64,000 nt of DNA, from the NCBI RefSeq assembly GCF_902652985.1, contig NC_047031.1:29140001-29204000 (forward strand), read 5' to 3'. Positions 1 to 12,864 of this stretch are shown here, piece by piece (position 1 is the stretch's first letter; every line of letters begins with the position of its first letter). A program made the translations under genes and the position numbers. This DNA comes from Pecten maximus (lineage: Eukaryota). The notes beneath the pieces are model-generated. The model was not told where the DNA came from. It made no database searches and saw only the letters and a program-made list of their open reading frames with translations.

Positions 1-3000
1 GGATGTGATGAAATGTATGATACAGGCACCTGTTGTCAACAAACAGTGCTGACTACAAACAAACTGGAAGGAGGAACAAGATACATAGGAGAAAGTAAAG
101 ATGATAGAACAGCCATATTTAATAGCCAAACAGAAAGTAAAGATGATAGAACAGCCATCTTTAATAGCCAAACAGAAAGTGGCAGAAAAAAATCAACAAA
201 CAAGAAAAAGAAAACAAATATCAATAGTGAAAATACAAAGTCCAAATTGACTAAGAATAACAGATCAGACGAGAATGACAGTACAATTATTGAGTGTGCC
301 GCTGTTAATACAATTGGTACACAGAATAAAATGGATAATAGTGAAAGCCGGGCTCGACCGAAACGTAAAATGTGTACACCAAGCAAGTTAAAACTGTATG
401 AAACAAACTTCAATAAGAGTAGTGAGAATTCTTCAGGTGCTAAAAATAACACCTCCACACCTATAGAGAAATCTGTCAGGGCTGTGAAGGGGAAAGTTAC
501 TAAGAGCTGCCCAAAGGAATCACTTGACAAAGAAAGCAAGGGTCATAAAGGTGAAGGAGAAAGAAGGACATGTCTTGGTAAGAAAAGCAAAAAGTCTGAG
601 ATCACCCTCTGGTGGAAACAAAAAGTCTGATCAAGAGATGCCCTCTTGTGGAATTAAAAAGACTAAGACAGCCATTGGTGGAAACGATAAGTCTGAGATG
701 CCCTCTAGTGGAAACAAAAAGTCTGATCAAGAGATGCCCTCTGGTGGAAACAAAAAGCCTAAGACAGCCATTGGTGGAAACGATAAGTCTGAGATGCCCT
801 CTATTGGAAACAAAAAGTCTGAGATACCCTCTAGTGGAATTAAAAAGAAATCTAAACTAAATGAAAGCGAATCTGTATCACTGGGGGATATAAGTGATGC
901 AGATGACATTGGGGAATATATAGATGATGATAATGATGAAGATTATGTTGTAGAAAAGTCTCGATCATCTAAATCAAAGTCAAACAAATTTTCCAGCTCT
1001 GGTAAGAAAGTTGGAAACACTGTGACAGACAATAACATTTTAAAGTGTAAGAAATGCAATTTAGTTTTTGGATACCGTTGTTCCTTAAATCGACATCTCA
1101 GAAACAATGTGTGCTCCACAGCTGGAACTAGGAACACAGCAAAGAAAGTAAAGATTTTAAAGAAATCTAGCACAGATGTGAGTCAGAAGAGACACCTGGA
1201 CCATCATATTGGTAACAGTGCTAAAAAACTGAAGGGTATGCCTGGTTTTAAAACAGAAGCTGAGGAGGAGGAGGAATTCGAGGAGAAATGTATGATGGCT
1301 GATGGTAAACAGGGAAGACGGTTTATTAAATGTGATGTGTGTGGGACATTCCTCCTACGAAGAGGCATGAATAAACATTTGGAAAGTAAATCTTGCAAAG
1401 CAAGCAGGGAAAGGATAGCGAACGTTGTGGTAATCAAAAGCCAGGCGTCGGGCAGTAAGGAAATGTTAGCAGAGGAAACCTCGAATCAAGCCTTGAAGGA
1501 AGCTGATTCAGATGAATTAGGTTCTTCGTCAATACAGACAGAAAGAAACCGTCATATCAAATATGAAACACTTAATGATGTTGTAGTTTTTAAAATCAAA
1601 ACAGAAAATGATGATTCCGACAGCACAGCAGTGGATACTAACGATTCTACATCATCTACCACGACCTACTAAGACTCGTAATAAAAACTCATATCCTTGT
1701 AGTACCTGTGATGTAGTATTTTCTAGTAAAGTGACTCTAAATCGCCACGTAATGAACGGCTTATGTTCCGGCATCAAGATGGAAACGAAAAGTAACGAGT
1801 CAGATGGACGGAAAAAACTAACATGTGAGACGTGTAACAGAACATTTATATCCTCGATTGCATTCCTACGTCATCAGAAGCGCCACCAGATGGCGGCATC
1901 CTCTGGGTTTACATGTACTGTGTGTAAGACTGATTTCCTTTATGATTGGGAGCGTGTAAGTCACATGGTAAGATATCACAAACTAAACGGACCACTGGAC
2001 TGCTTTGTTTGCCGACACAGCTTCCGTAACTACGCAGAATATCGCTCCCACAAGCGTTATTGTAAGACAACGTTGAAATGTGTAGGGGAGACAACCATGT
2101 CTGGACAGTCAGTCTCAGGAGATAAAGAGAATGTATTTGCAGGGAATACGGACAACATTGATTGTGAATATGAAGGAAATGACACGTCTGATAGTGGAAG
2201 AGGTGCCTCAGATCAGGGGGAGACAACTCTAGGTTGTGAGTCGGACATCAACAAGGATAGCACTGATGTGCCACCATTGGGAAAAGTTAAGGTTAAGCTG
2301 AGTTGTGGAACGATATTATTTGTTAAGGATACCATGATCAAAACTAGCTTTGTGGCAGATGATGACGATTCTGTGGCCACCATTGATGAAGGCCATGCAG
2401 GAACTGAAAGTGCATCACTTAAAAACGTCTCTACTGATACAGTTGCTTCCTCTGGAAAAGTCCAAACTTCTTTTGGAAATGCTGAAACTTCCCAAGGAAA
2501 GAAATGCAATTCATCAGAAGATAAATCTGCTTCCTCCACTATCACTCCTGGTGATAGAGAAACAGATGGTACAAAAAAATTGTCTGTAGGGACAGAGAGT
2601 CTCTCAGTAATAACAGAAAACTCTTCAGTAAAAACTGTAAACACCATACTAGAGGTTGATATCATCTGTACTCGGTGTCACAAAGATGTACGAGAACTGT
2701 TCACTGAGGATGAAAGAAAACATGTTTGTAACATCTGCCGTCGGACGTACGTCAGTAGTTTTCAATTGTCGAAGCATATGGCAGCTCACACGGCTACGAA
2801 GTTTTATAGGTGCCACCATTGTGATAAATGTTTTACAGAGACGCGATATTTACAGCGCCACCTCATAGATACTCATCGCGAACGTTACAGCATCTGTCGA
2901 TTTTGCTGTGCCCTCTTCATCTCTCGTCCGGGGCTAACGCAGCATCTAAAAGAAAAACACCCGAATCAGGGGAGATATAACTTGTCGTGTCTGCTTTAAA

Positions 3001-4179
3001 CATTTCCCAGACAGAATAACGTGTATGGAACACGAGGACAGGCACTACAAGGAACGGACTCGACAATATGTTTGTGACGTTTGTGGGAAGATGGTAAATA
3101 ACAAACGTACCCTGTCTATCCACATGGCGTGGCATCAGGACTTGCGACCATATGTGTGTGAAGTTTGCAATAAAGGGTTCCGTACGAGGATGAATCTGAT
3201 TGGCCATCTCCCGGTACACAGCGGAGTAAAAGCTCACCAGTGTGAGGTTTGTGGTCAGTGTTTCACGCTGAAGGAAACGCTTCGTCGTCACAAAAGAATC
3301 CATAACAAGGCTAAAAAATACCAATGTAAACATTGTGGCCTCAAATTCCGTAGCACGGAGGGTTTGAACGGTCACTTGGTGAATAGCCATCTGACCTCGC
3401 AGGATATAAGTAGTCTCACATTTAAGGTACGACAGTGTGATCTGTGTGACAAACTCTGTAGCTCCAAACAGATGTACGAACGTCACATGACAACACATAC
3501 AGGGGAGCGACCATTTCACTGCCAGTTCTGTCCACGCAGCTTCAGTTTAAATACACTCTTGCTTCGCCATGTTCGTACAATCCACCAGAGATCTGAAGTC
3601 CACACCTGTCTGATGTGTAACTGTCAAATATCGTCTCGAAGTAAGTGGAGGCGACATCTGAAGACACGAAAACACCGTGAGCATTGTGAGGAGAAAGGCT
3701 TAATGGAACCTGGGGAGGATGGAATGGTGAAAGGCATCCACTTTAAAGTGAGTGGGTTGAAGAACACTGACAGTGTTTCTGATGGCCACAAGATGACTTG
3801 TGATGTGGAGGAAACACAAGAAGTTCAGAATGTAGATTACCTCCAACATATTGCAGAGGAAGTGGAGGGCACTGGGTATATACAACAAATTACTGAAGAA
3901 GTTCACGATTCTGGGTTCATTCATCAAATCACCGGGGAAGTTCAGAACTCAGATCTGATACAACAGATAACAGGAGTGGTTCAGAGCTCTAACTCAACAC
4001 AAGATGAGAGCTCGGGATATATAAATCAAATTTCACAGGAGGTAGAGACAGTTGCTGCGGGACAGAGTACGATAATGGAGATTGTTTACGATGACCAGAG
4101 CGAATCTCAGACAGCGGTGAACAGCATTGTTGAAGGACGGCCTCTCCAGAATATTGTTTACCTTAAAGTAGTTTCATAG
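1..4179 (+). CDS. Multi-C2H2/C2HC zinc-finger protein, 5'-open, apparently one large exon; reading frame interrupted by three +1 frameshifts (~603, ~1640-1670, ~2970)
   Basis: ORFs 13-630, 524-1672, 1608-2999 and 3025-4179 abut in successive frames. About 17 C-x2-C...H-x3/4-[HC] fingers, with a canonical HTGERPF linker near 3495-3515. The finger ITCRVCFKHFPDRITCMEHEDRH is restored only if one G of caggggagat (~2968-2977) is removed. Confidence 0.88.
91..174 (+). repeat. 42-bp in-frame tandem duplication (ESKDDRTAIFNSQT x2)
   Basis: gaaagtaaagatgatagaacagccat.tttaatagccaaaca at 91 and 133. Confidence 0.9.
590..845 (+). repeat. Degenerate coding minisatellite (KS[DQ]EMPSxGNKK / KTAIGGND units)
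   Basis: Recurring aagtctga...gagatgccctct.gtggaa motifs. Confidence 0.8.
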
Positions 4180-4360
4180 ATTGGTTAAGTGGTAGTGATG
4201 TTAGTACCTTAAGGTGGTATGCCCCACTAACTAAATTGTATATTGAATGAAGACTTCCAAACTATTTTTCAAACTAATATAGGAATTTGATGTGATCTGT
4301 TTCCAAACCAAAACTTTTTTTGGTAGCAGACCTTTTTGGAAGATTAAAGCTATATTTCAA

Positions 4361-4675
4361 TTTATTACATTTTTACCAGTGAGATATCAAAAATTATTCA
4401 CTTGTGAAAAAAACACTTTTTCTAATATTTCTTACAGGTAAAATATATAACTTTTTCTGATTCAACCAATCAGAACACTGCCTACAAATGACAATGGGAG
4501 AAATTTAAAGCTGACTCAATACATTTTGCTTTAAATGTAATAAAATTTCTAACATTTTTTTAGTAATTTCAAATATATTTCACTTGTGTGGCTAATATAT
4601 TGGTATTACTTCCACTCATGCTGTTCACTCGTGAATTTTTTATAAAAATATTAGCTTCACACTTAAAATATATTG
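4361..4675 (-). mobile_element. Degenerate inverted copy of the palindromic element at 5717-6166
   Basis: tttattacatttttaccagtgagatatcaaaaatta (4361) is the reverse complement of 6131-6166; 4561-4675 resembles the hairpin arms. Confidence 0.65.
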
Positions 4676-5716
4676 TGTCTCGGGGCTTAGCTACTCCATT
4701 TAAATATCTACCTGACCCCAGGACTCCACAATTAATCACTTCTATACATGGTTGGATTACCTTCCTAGTATTTCTATGTAATTTATTAAATAAATTCTAT
4801 GAGTGGTACTCCTTAACCAAACCTGTAGACGTCCTGGGGTGTGGTAGATGTTTTACTGGAAAAACCTGTCTTTAGTTGGGCATCTTTTTGACATTTTGAA
4901 AGATATTTTTATGAAAATCAATGGAGGATTATAAAAGGTTAAAGCCTTGAGGTACAAACTTTGTGTGTACTGAGAAAATACTCAAAATGTTCACCTCCAT
5001 TATATTAGAATTATAAATAAAATATTCAATGAGTTAAACCATATCATATATACCTTTGTACATACATGTATGTACAATGTAGTTGCTAAAATTTACAGGG
5101 CTGATATTTTAATGTTTTTCCAGTTGGGCCAATATCCTGGGTATAAATTTAGCGTAATATAACAATGCTGTGTACATGTATAGATGTGTAAACATTGTGC
5201 AGAAAAAAAACATACAAAATGTACATTTATTTCAGTTTAATCTTCACTGGTATTTAAATCTTCATAATTAGGATGGTTAGGATTTCCTACTCTGTCTAGT
5301 TTATTGTATTAAATACAACAGAAGAAGTGCAAGCATTTGTATTGGAGTGTGTTTACAATGGGGTGTTATTATTGTGTTACGTTGAGGTGCTTTTATTGTG
5401 TTGTGCTACAGGTAAGGTGTACATTACTATTATTCTGCAAGTCAATGATATGACGGTATCAGGACGGATTTTGTAACACCACAGTGTTAGTGTCATTGTA
5501 AGCTTGGTTTAGCTAATTGATAACACTTAATCGTCATCTCTTTATAAGGAGTAATATATATATATGATATATATATATATATACAGTAACATCTCCATGC
5601 ATGGTTACATACAGGTTTCACGTTGATTAATTGTTGATCAAATAATTATTTCACAATAATGATATTACACCTCCTGGTTGTTGATATAACCATGTAGATT
5701 ATATATTTATATATAT

Positions 5717-6166
5717 ATAGAGGATATCTAACAGTGTCTTCAGTAATACCAAATATATTTCACAAGTGGGGCTAATATTTTGATATTTTTCACTCGTGCT
5801 GCGCACTCGTGAAAAATATCAAAATATTAGCCTCACGAGTGAAATATATTTGGTTTTACTGAAGACACTGTTAGATATTCTGTTTATTACATTTTTTATC
5901 AACGAAAACCCTACTGTATGCTAACTAGGACTACAGCGATAATTTGTAAACAAAAAAAGTAGTTTCCCCTGTCCAGGTGCTGACATATATGTCGGGCTTT
6001 CTGATTGGTCAATTATTTTGGTATTTTCTAATCTTTAATTTGATTGGTCAAATCAGCAAAAGTGATATTTTTCACTAGTGAAAAATATGATATTCTTCAC
6101 TAGTGAAAAATATCACTTTTATAGAATGAATAATTTTTGATATTTCACTGGTAAAAATGTAATAAA
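5717..6166 (+). mobile_element. Non-autonomous element with a long 5' palindrome (possibly Crypton-type; class uncertain)
   Basis: Near-perfect ~70-bp-arm hairpin at 5721-5881 (ggatatctaacagtgtcttcagtaa...ttactgaagacactgttagatattc); inserted in (TA)n. Confidence 0.65.
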
Positions 6167-7547
6167 CATGTATATATATAGACAAATTGTTCTTTCTAGT
6201 GTTATGTACAGTTCATCAATAACAGTAGATAAAATGTGGATGAGAAGGGAGGGGCAGTAACTCTATACATAATAGTGTATATCAACTTCCATAGAGAAAA
6301 TGTATGAGATGGAACAAGTAAGAGTGAGTGTATTTATCCTTTTGTGTTTAAATACTATTATCATATAAGTTGTAAAACTTTCGGAATAAAATAAAATTTA
6401 ATTTATTTTTAGCACTATATCTAGTGAATGCAATGTAGTGAAACTTACAATTGTACAATAAAGTTGATAGTTTTAGAGGAGTATTTAAATATCACAAACT
6501 CCATATTTGATTTAAAAAGGTAAAATAAAAGTATGATTTGTTATGATATCACATGTATACAATATGTATCTATAGATAACTAATGTATAGATAACATACA
6601 TGTTTATGACTGCTGTGAATTGTTATCGGTTTATAATTGGAGGTATACGTGACAGATGTTGCCTGTTTTTGAGCTCACATGACAGGTAGTGACAGTGAAC
6701 TTATGTTATGGTGCAGGAGTGAGCTCTGAGCTTTTGTCATCCAGCGTCTGGATGTGCATCAACTTCTAAAAAAATCCATCTTAGAACTTAATGACGATAA
6801 CGTCATGAACAAGTTTTATTTTTACTTGTTTTAACGTTGCCTAATTATGAATTAGCTAAATATAAAGATTGTCTAGTTTAACAGATGTTGAGATAAGACA
6901 GCTTTCAGACTTTTCATAACTTTTTTATGAAATGTTTTCATCACTAATTATGATGTACTCTTGGTATTGAGAGTAATATGTTCTTGTTTAAATAAAGAGT
7001 CTGATAGTTTAATGTTTCTCCTCAATAAAGATGAGCTTAAGTCCATTTGATGTTGTTTTTGTTATTCCTGGACTCTATTATAATTGGGTAGTTTGACCAC
7101 TCTTTGGTTATTAGGTCATCTGTTCCGAATCGTCAGGATGACCTATAGTCATTGTGCTTTGTCTGTGGTCAATCGCCATGTGTTGAGTTTCCTCTCAAGT
7201 TCTGTGGGATTCAGCTCTAACTTACCGGCAATGATCCAGAGATAGTCTTCTCCAGTTCCACTGGGGCCATTTAGCTGGAAATAGGTGAGGATGATAAGCC
7301 AGAGGAGTCAACAACTTGTTATTTTTAAGCCTCATAAAAACTTTGACATGATGTAGTCATTTTGTAACATGACAACGCAATCATGATTTTCCTCCACAAG
7401 ATCTATTTCAATCTTCTCTATTTCCACCAGCGAGACTCCGCTCTACTTAATGATCCTGAGATAGTCCTGACTTAGTGTTTTTATTTTTTGGGTCGGTCCG
7501 AAATCCAAGATGGCCACCATTTTAAACTTCTCCATTTCCATTGGTGC

Positions 7548-7726
7548 CATTGGCGGATTTAAGAGGGGCGCACGCCCCCAACATAAAATTGTATGAATCT
7601 ATCGTGAAATACACTAGAATGCCAGATTTTGCATTTACAAGCTAAAGTTTTTACCGAGGGAGTACCCCTGGACCACCCGTAATTTGGCACGCCCCTTCCT
7701 AACTGAAAATCCTGTATCCGTCCCTG
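7548..7726 (+). mobile_element. Short MITE with degenerate ggcggat...atccgtccctg TIRs (second copy 16036-16222)
   Basis: GC-rich ~180-bp island with imperfect terminal inverted repeats. Confidence 0.5.
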
Positions 7727-7753
7727 GATGTATTGTATAGAAGAATCTGTCTT

Positions 7754-9360
7754 GATGGTGGGCTATTCAAATTGCCTTGCGTCCATGGTCCGTCCGTCCC
7801 TCCGTCTGTAAACAATTCTTGTTATCCCTATTTCTGAGAAAGTACTCCAGGGATCTTTTTCAAATTTCATATGAGGTTGCCCTTGGTCCCTAGTTATGCA
7901 CATTGCATTTTGGGACCGATCGGAAAACAACATGGCCGACAGGCAGCCATCTTGGATTTTGACAATTGAAGTTTGTTATCGCAATTTCTGAGAAAGGACT
8001 GAAGGGATCTTTCTAAAATTTCATATGTAGGTTACCCTTGGTATGTAATTGTGCATATTGCATTTTGGGACCGATCGGGAAACAACATGGCCGACATGCA
8101 GCCATTTTGAATTTTGACAATTGAAGTTTGTTATCGCTATTTCTGAGAAAGTATTGAATGGATTTTTCTCAAATTTCATATGTAGGTTTCCCTTGGTGCT
8201 TTATTATGCATATTACATTTTCGGACCAATCGGAAAACGACATGGCCGACAGGCAGCCATCTTGGATTTTGACAATTGAAGTTTGTTATCGCTATTTCTC
8301 ATAAAGGACTGAAGAGATATTACTCAAATTTCATATGTAGGTTTCCCTTAGTCCCTTATTATGCATATTACATTTTCGGACCAATCGGAAAACGACATGG
8401 CCGACAGGCAGCCATCTTGGATTTTGACAATTACAGTTATCGCTATTTCTCAGAAAGTACTGAAGAGATCTTTCTCAAATTTCATATGTAGGTTCCCCTT
8501 AGTCCCTTATTATGCATATTACATTTTCGAACCAGTCGGAAAACAACATGGCCGAAAGGCAGCCATCTTGGATTTTGATAATTGAAGTTTGTTATCGCTA
8601 TTTCTCAGAAAGAACTGAAGGGATCTTTCTAAAATTTCATATATAGGTTACCCTTAGTATGTTATCGGGCAAATTGCATTTTGGGACCGATCGGGAAACA
8701 ACATGGCCGACAGGCAGCCATCTTGGATTTTGACAATTGAAGTTTGTTATCGCTATTTCTGAGAAAGTACTGAAGGGATCTTTCTAAAACTTCATATGTA
8801 TGTTACCCTTGGTATGTTGTTGTGCATATTGCATTTTGGGACCGATCGGGAAACAACATGGCCGACAGGTAGTCATCTTTAATTTTGACAATTGAAGTTT
8901 GTTATCGCAATTTATGAGAAAGTGCTGAGGAGATCTTTCTCTCAAATTTCATATGTAGGTTCCCCTTAGTCCCTTATTATGCATATTACATTTTCGGACC
9001 AGTCGGAAAACAACATGGCCGATAGGCAGACATTTTGGATTTTGACAATTGAAGTTTGTTATCGCTATTTCTCAGAAAGTACTGAAGAGATCTGTCTCAC
9101 ATTTCATATGTAGGTTCCCCTTGGTCCCTCGTATTGCATTTTGGGACCAATCTGAAAACAACATGACCAACAGTAAGCCATTATCGCTAAATCTCAGATT
9201 TCATATACAGGTTCCCCTTGTTTTAAAAGTACCGGAAGGATGTTTCTCAAATTACACAGATTAGTAAGAGGAAGAGAAAATAGAGAGAAGATCAATCTGA
9301 CATGGAACCTATAAAGATCATTCAATGGTGGGCGCCAAGATCCCTCTGAGATCTCTTGTT
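7754..9360 (+). mobile_element. HINE/pearl(CvA)/DINE-like Helentron-associated element with 9 x ~155-bp internal tandem repeats
   Basis: 5' gatggtgggctattcaa, then a (gtcc)n microsatellite; unit marker acatggccgac at 7931, 8086, 8240, 8395, 8546, 8701, 8856, 9013, 9161; 3' ggtgggcgcc plus short palindrome aagatccctctgagatctcttgtt. Confidence 0.8.
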
Positions 9361-10631
9361 ATCTCAATGGATATCATTTAAAATTCTTCAATGACCGGGT
9401 GTTCAAATCGACCTACATTGTACGTCCTTGGTCCGTCCATCCATAAATAAACCTTGTAATCGCTGTTTTTTTAGGTATGTAGTTTCCCTTTGGTCCCTAA
9501 TTTTATCCGTTCAATTTCGAGTCTGTCCGGGAAAGCAAAATATATATTCATTACAAGATGCATCTGTGCATCACATTGAGTTGTGTGTGGTTTTTGTACT
9601 CATGTACAAGGTTTCTTGAAATGTCAAATGTCTCGCTTGAGCACTTTTAATTTGAAAAGCTTGTTTATAAATATATAAACCACGCTCAGCGTATGCAGGC
9701 GAGTGTTACCTGCAAATTAAATGAGTTCCTTCATTGTTAATAAAGTGCTATCTGAACAGTCAAAAGCCCACATTTAAATATACACATATCAATGTATACA
9801 CACTGCACATATCGTTAAGTTTGATCGGTTAGGGTTTGTTTGTTGAGTTTATGGCCACGTGACCAGCCAGGGTCATTCTGAGGCTTTGCCTCCTTGTAGT
9901 AGCTGAGACCACTGTCTGGAATATGTATACTGTTTTTGACATGTAATGTTCAGCAAAAGAGGGTTTTTGAATTGATTATAAGAGTACAAATCCACTCTTT
10001 TCACCCGCAAGTAGAGGTACACTATATATAGCTATATAACATTAGCTGTTTTGATATCATTATAAACGTTTATTATGATTGGTCGGGAATCATATTCCCT
10101 ACAAAGTAGACCATATCAGTCCTACTCAGGAGTCAGAACGAATCCTACAAATAACGCCGAATACTGAGTGACAAAGTACATTTAAGACAGATACAGCAAT
10201 GGAAGTATATTTGCCTTTGCAAAATTTGCCATACAATTCTTTTCATTAATTCTGAAATAAGGAGGTGATAAATTGGATTGCAGTATTTCATAGTGCGTTA
10301 AAAATAAATCTTAGTGTGAGCATTTAAAGTCTACAGTCGTTCTGTTTAAAGTTAGAATGTAATGCGTTTGCGCATGTCTTTCCGTTCATTATATTCTTCT
10401 ATAATAGAAGCTTCTAGGTAATTGTATTTCGATATGTCCAAACATGTTCAAAAGTTACAATTTTAAAGTTTTGGCTACAGTGTCATTACGTGACATTACT
10501 GTTTGACCTCAAAATCTATCGACGTGGTCATGACAGGACCATAAGTTTGTCAAAACATTTTTATTTTACTCTGAATATCACCGCATAGTCGATACACTTC
10601 CAGCAAGGTAGGTAACATGTTATTTCTTATT

Positions 10632-12225
10632 CTATCCACTGTCCCCAGCAGTTTTCTCCCTATTCCTATCTATAACACGCCTTCACACGTCTATACTCGT
10701 CATCCTGCGCCAGTAAGTGACAGAAACCACAAACACACTTGATGTGATGGACATACTGCTTTACTGAGCCAAAACCGGATCACGAGTGAACATACTAATC
10801 AACATTACATCGAACCCGGAAACATACACATATACAGTAGTGGCGCTACCACTTTTCTCCTATAAAAAAACAAGAAGTCTACAGTTTGAACAGACTTATT
10901 GATGGAACATAGCTACACATCAATGACGACTCGGTTATCTGACCAAGTGTGTCCACAGTCACTAATACAAAAATCCTACTAGTACTGTTGTTAGAACCGT
11001 ATCAGTTTCACGTGCATCTAATAAATGTTAATTTAATAATGAACACAAATGCTACAGTACCCAGCTCTAGCTGGTTCACTTGTACATAATAAAGTCATCA
11101 TCCTGGAATGTTAGCATCGGTATGCTGTTGTTATCATCATTCGGTATAGGATCACAAGAATAATCACTGGTTGGTATAGGTTCCTGAGGAGGCACAGATA
11201 TCACCGTGGGGATGGCTGGGATTTGAGGCGTACAAACTTCCTTTGGAAGGACCGTCGATTCCTCCTCGTCATCAGTAGACCCGTCTGGTAGTGAGAAGCT
11301 CAACGGAGAATTGTCTGTACTTGAATTGGCCACTTTGTAACAGTCAGTACATTTTACTCGATAAGAGGCTTACCGCAACTGGTTGCCAACAAACTTCTGA
11401 ATGTTGCACCAGGCTCCCTCCACTTTAACGGCAAGATAATTGTCTCGCGCCCTTGTTTTGTGCCTGACAGAATAGAGGTACACTAGATCGCCAACCTGGA
11501 TCGTAGAAAACTTAATCCTGATGGGGTTTTATAATTATCGCTGACAGCATGGTTGCTCTGACGGGTGTTGTGTTGCTCCAGGATAAGCGTTTGATCATCC
11601 AGTGGGATCTGTTGATTAAGAAACTGAACACGGTGAGACCAACCACATTTCTCTTGATGAAAGACCACGCTTACGGATTCGAGTATTGACACGGGCAGTG
11701 GCCAAGGAAAGAAGTAATGGTGTTACTGCGCGGCATGATGGTTCTTGGCGTAGAATCTCATATTCTAACTCCTGAATGGCTTTCTGCTACTGGGTTCTTG
11801 TTGATGTTCTTTGGGCTACCAAATTCAATTGTCAGGCGATATTTTGTAAGGAGGTCATCACCTACTAGAGCTTTGAACCCTGGTGCGGCGTCAGTTCGAA
11901 TGACGGCGAAGGGGCCGTCTAATGGACAGAGTGGAATGCACAAATGCAGAAGCCCTTCCCTGAGTGAGTGTCGACATTCATCTTCAAGTAACAGGGTTGA
12001 GGTATATGATGTTACGCATTCTCGTTCAAGGAGTGTGAGTTGACGTTCTAAAAGCTCTCGGGAAGTTCCACTTCAAAGTACTCTCCTGGCCAGGTAGTCG
12101 AACAAGATGTGGCTCGTAATACTTACTTGTCTTTTGGCAGGACGGATAGGACATTGTTCGCCTCCATAAATGGAATACCTGCTAGAATATCCGAGTCTAA
12201 ATTCTCGACAACTAAGCCCTCTATA
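10632..12225 (-). mobile_element. Decayed Ty3/Gypsy fragment (integrase, 3' end and probable LTR ~10670-10851), internally deleted
   Basis: Integrase motif [11 protein letters not shown]...NKNPVAE (ORF 11758-11943); PPT-like ggagaaaag followed by TG on the minus strand at 10851. Confidence 0.75.
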
Positions 12226-12855
12226 CACTAACAAAGCCTCTGGTCCTAATGGAATTAGTCATATGATGTTGAAAATAATAACCTAGAAAATAACAACACC
12301 TCTTACCCTTATACAATGAATCCCTACGCACTTCTATATTTCCCGATTTATTGAAGCCTCTCATCTCCCATCAATTTAGAAAAAGGAAAATACGCGATAA
12401 AATCGCCAATCAGTTGTTCTACTAAATAATATTTCTTCGCAAGTATGCATCAAAGCTGGAATTCCTCAGGGATCTGGTTTAGGGCCATTGTTTGTCCTTG
12501 TCTATATAATATAAGCTTTATCTCTAAAACAATTCTATATGTTACAAAACTCTTTGCCGACGACACCGCACCGATATATTCGTCCAAATATACTCGACAT
12601 TAAACATTAATCTTTGGTAAACAAATGGCTAATACCTTTTAAACCTACTGAAGCGGAAATTCTCTTGATTACAAACACATATATGCATTCTAACCCAGTA
12701 GCACATGGAACACATACACTGAAGACATTTTAAACAAAACTACAAAATATATAGCAACGATAGGAACATTAGAATAATATAAGTAGTATAAGAGCACTTT
12801 TCGACTACGCATCGAGGGTATGGGATAACTCTAATGCCACTTTAACTAAAAAAAA
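12226..12855 (+). mobile_element. CR1/L2-type LINE reverse-transcriptase remnant
   Basis: Translates to KASGPNGISHMMLK (~12233), AGIPQGSGLGPL (~12455) and LFADDT (~12550), with many disablements. Confidence 0.7.
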
Positions 12856-12864
12856 CTTTTTCAC

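Noticed and set aside
36-2665. Hydrophobic antisense ORFs (36-539, 2213-2665 etc.)
   Set aside because: Mirror frames of the Lys/Ser/Glu-rich zinc-finger CDS
4209-4816. TTAA-flanked Kolobok/piggyBac-like MITE
   Set aside because: Terminal inverted repeat match is too short to support
7819-9180. Regular repeat array resembling CRISPR; short ORFs 8276-8585, 9049-9264, 16365-16981
   Set aside because: Units are similar along their whole length with no unique spacers, and there are no cas genes; the ORFs are by-products of the satellite
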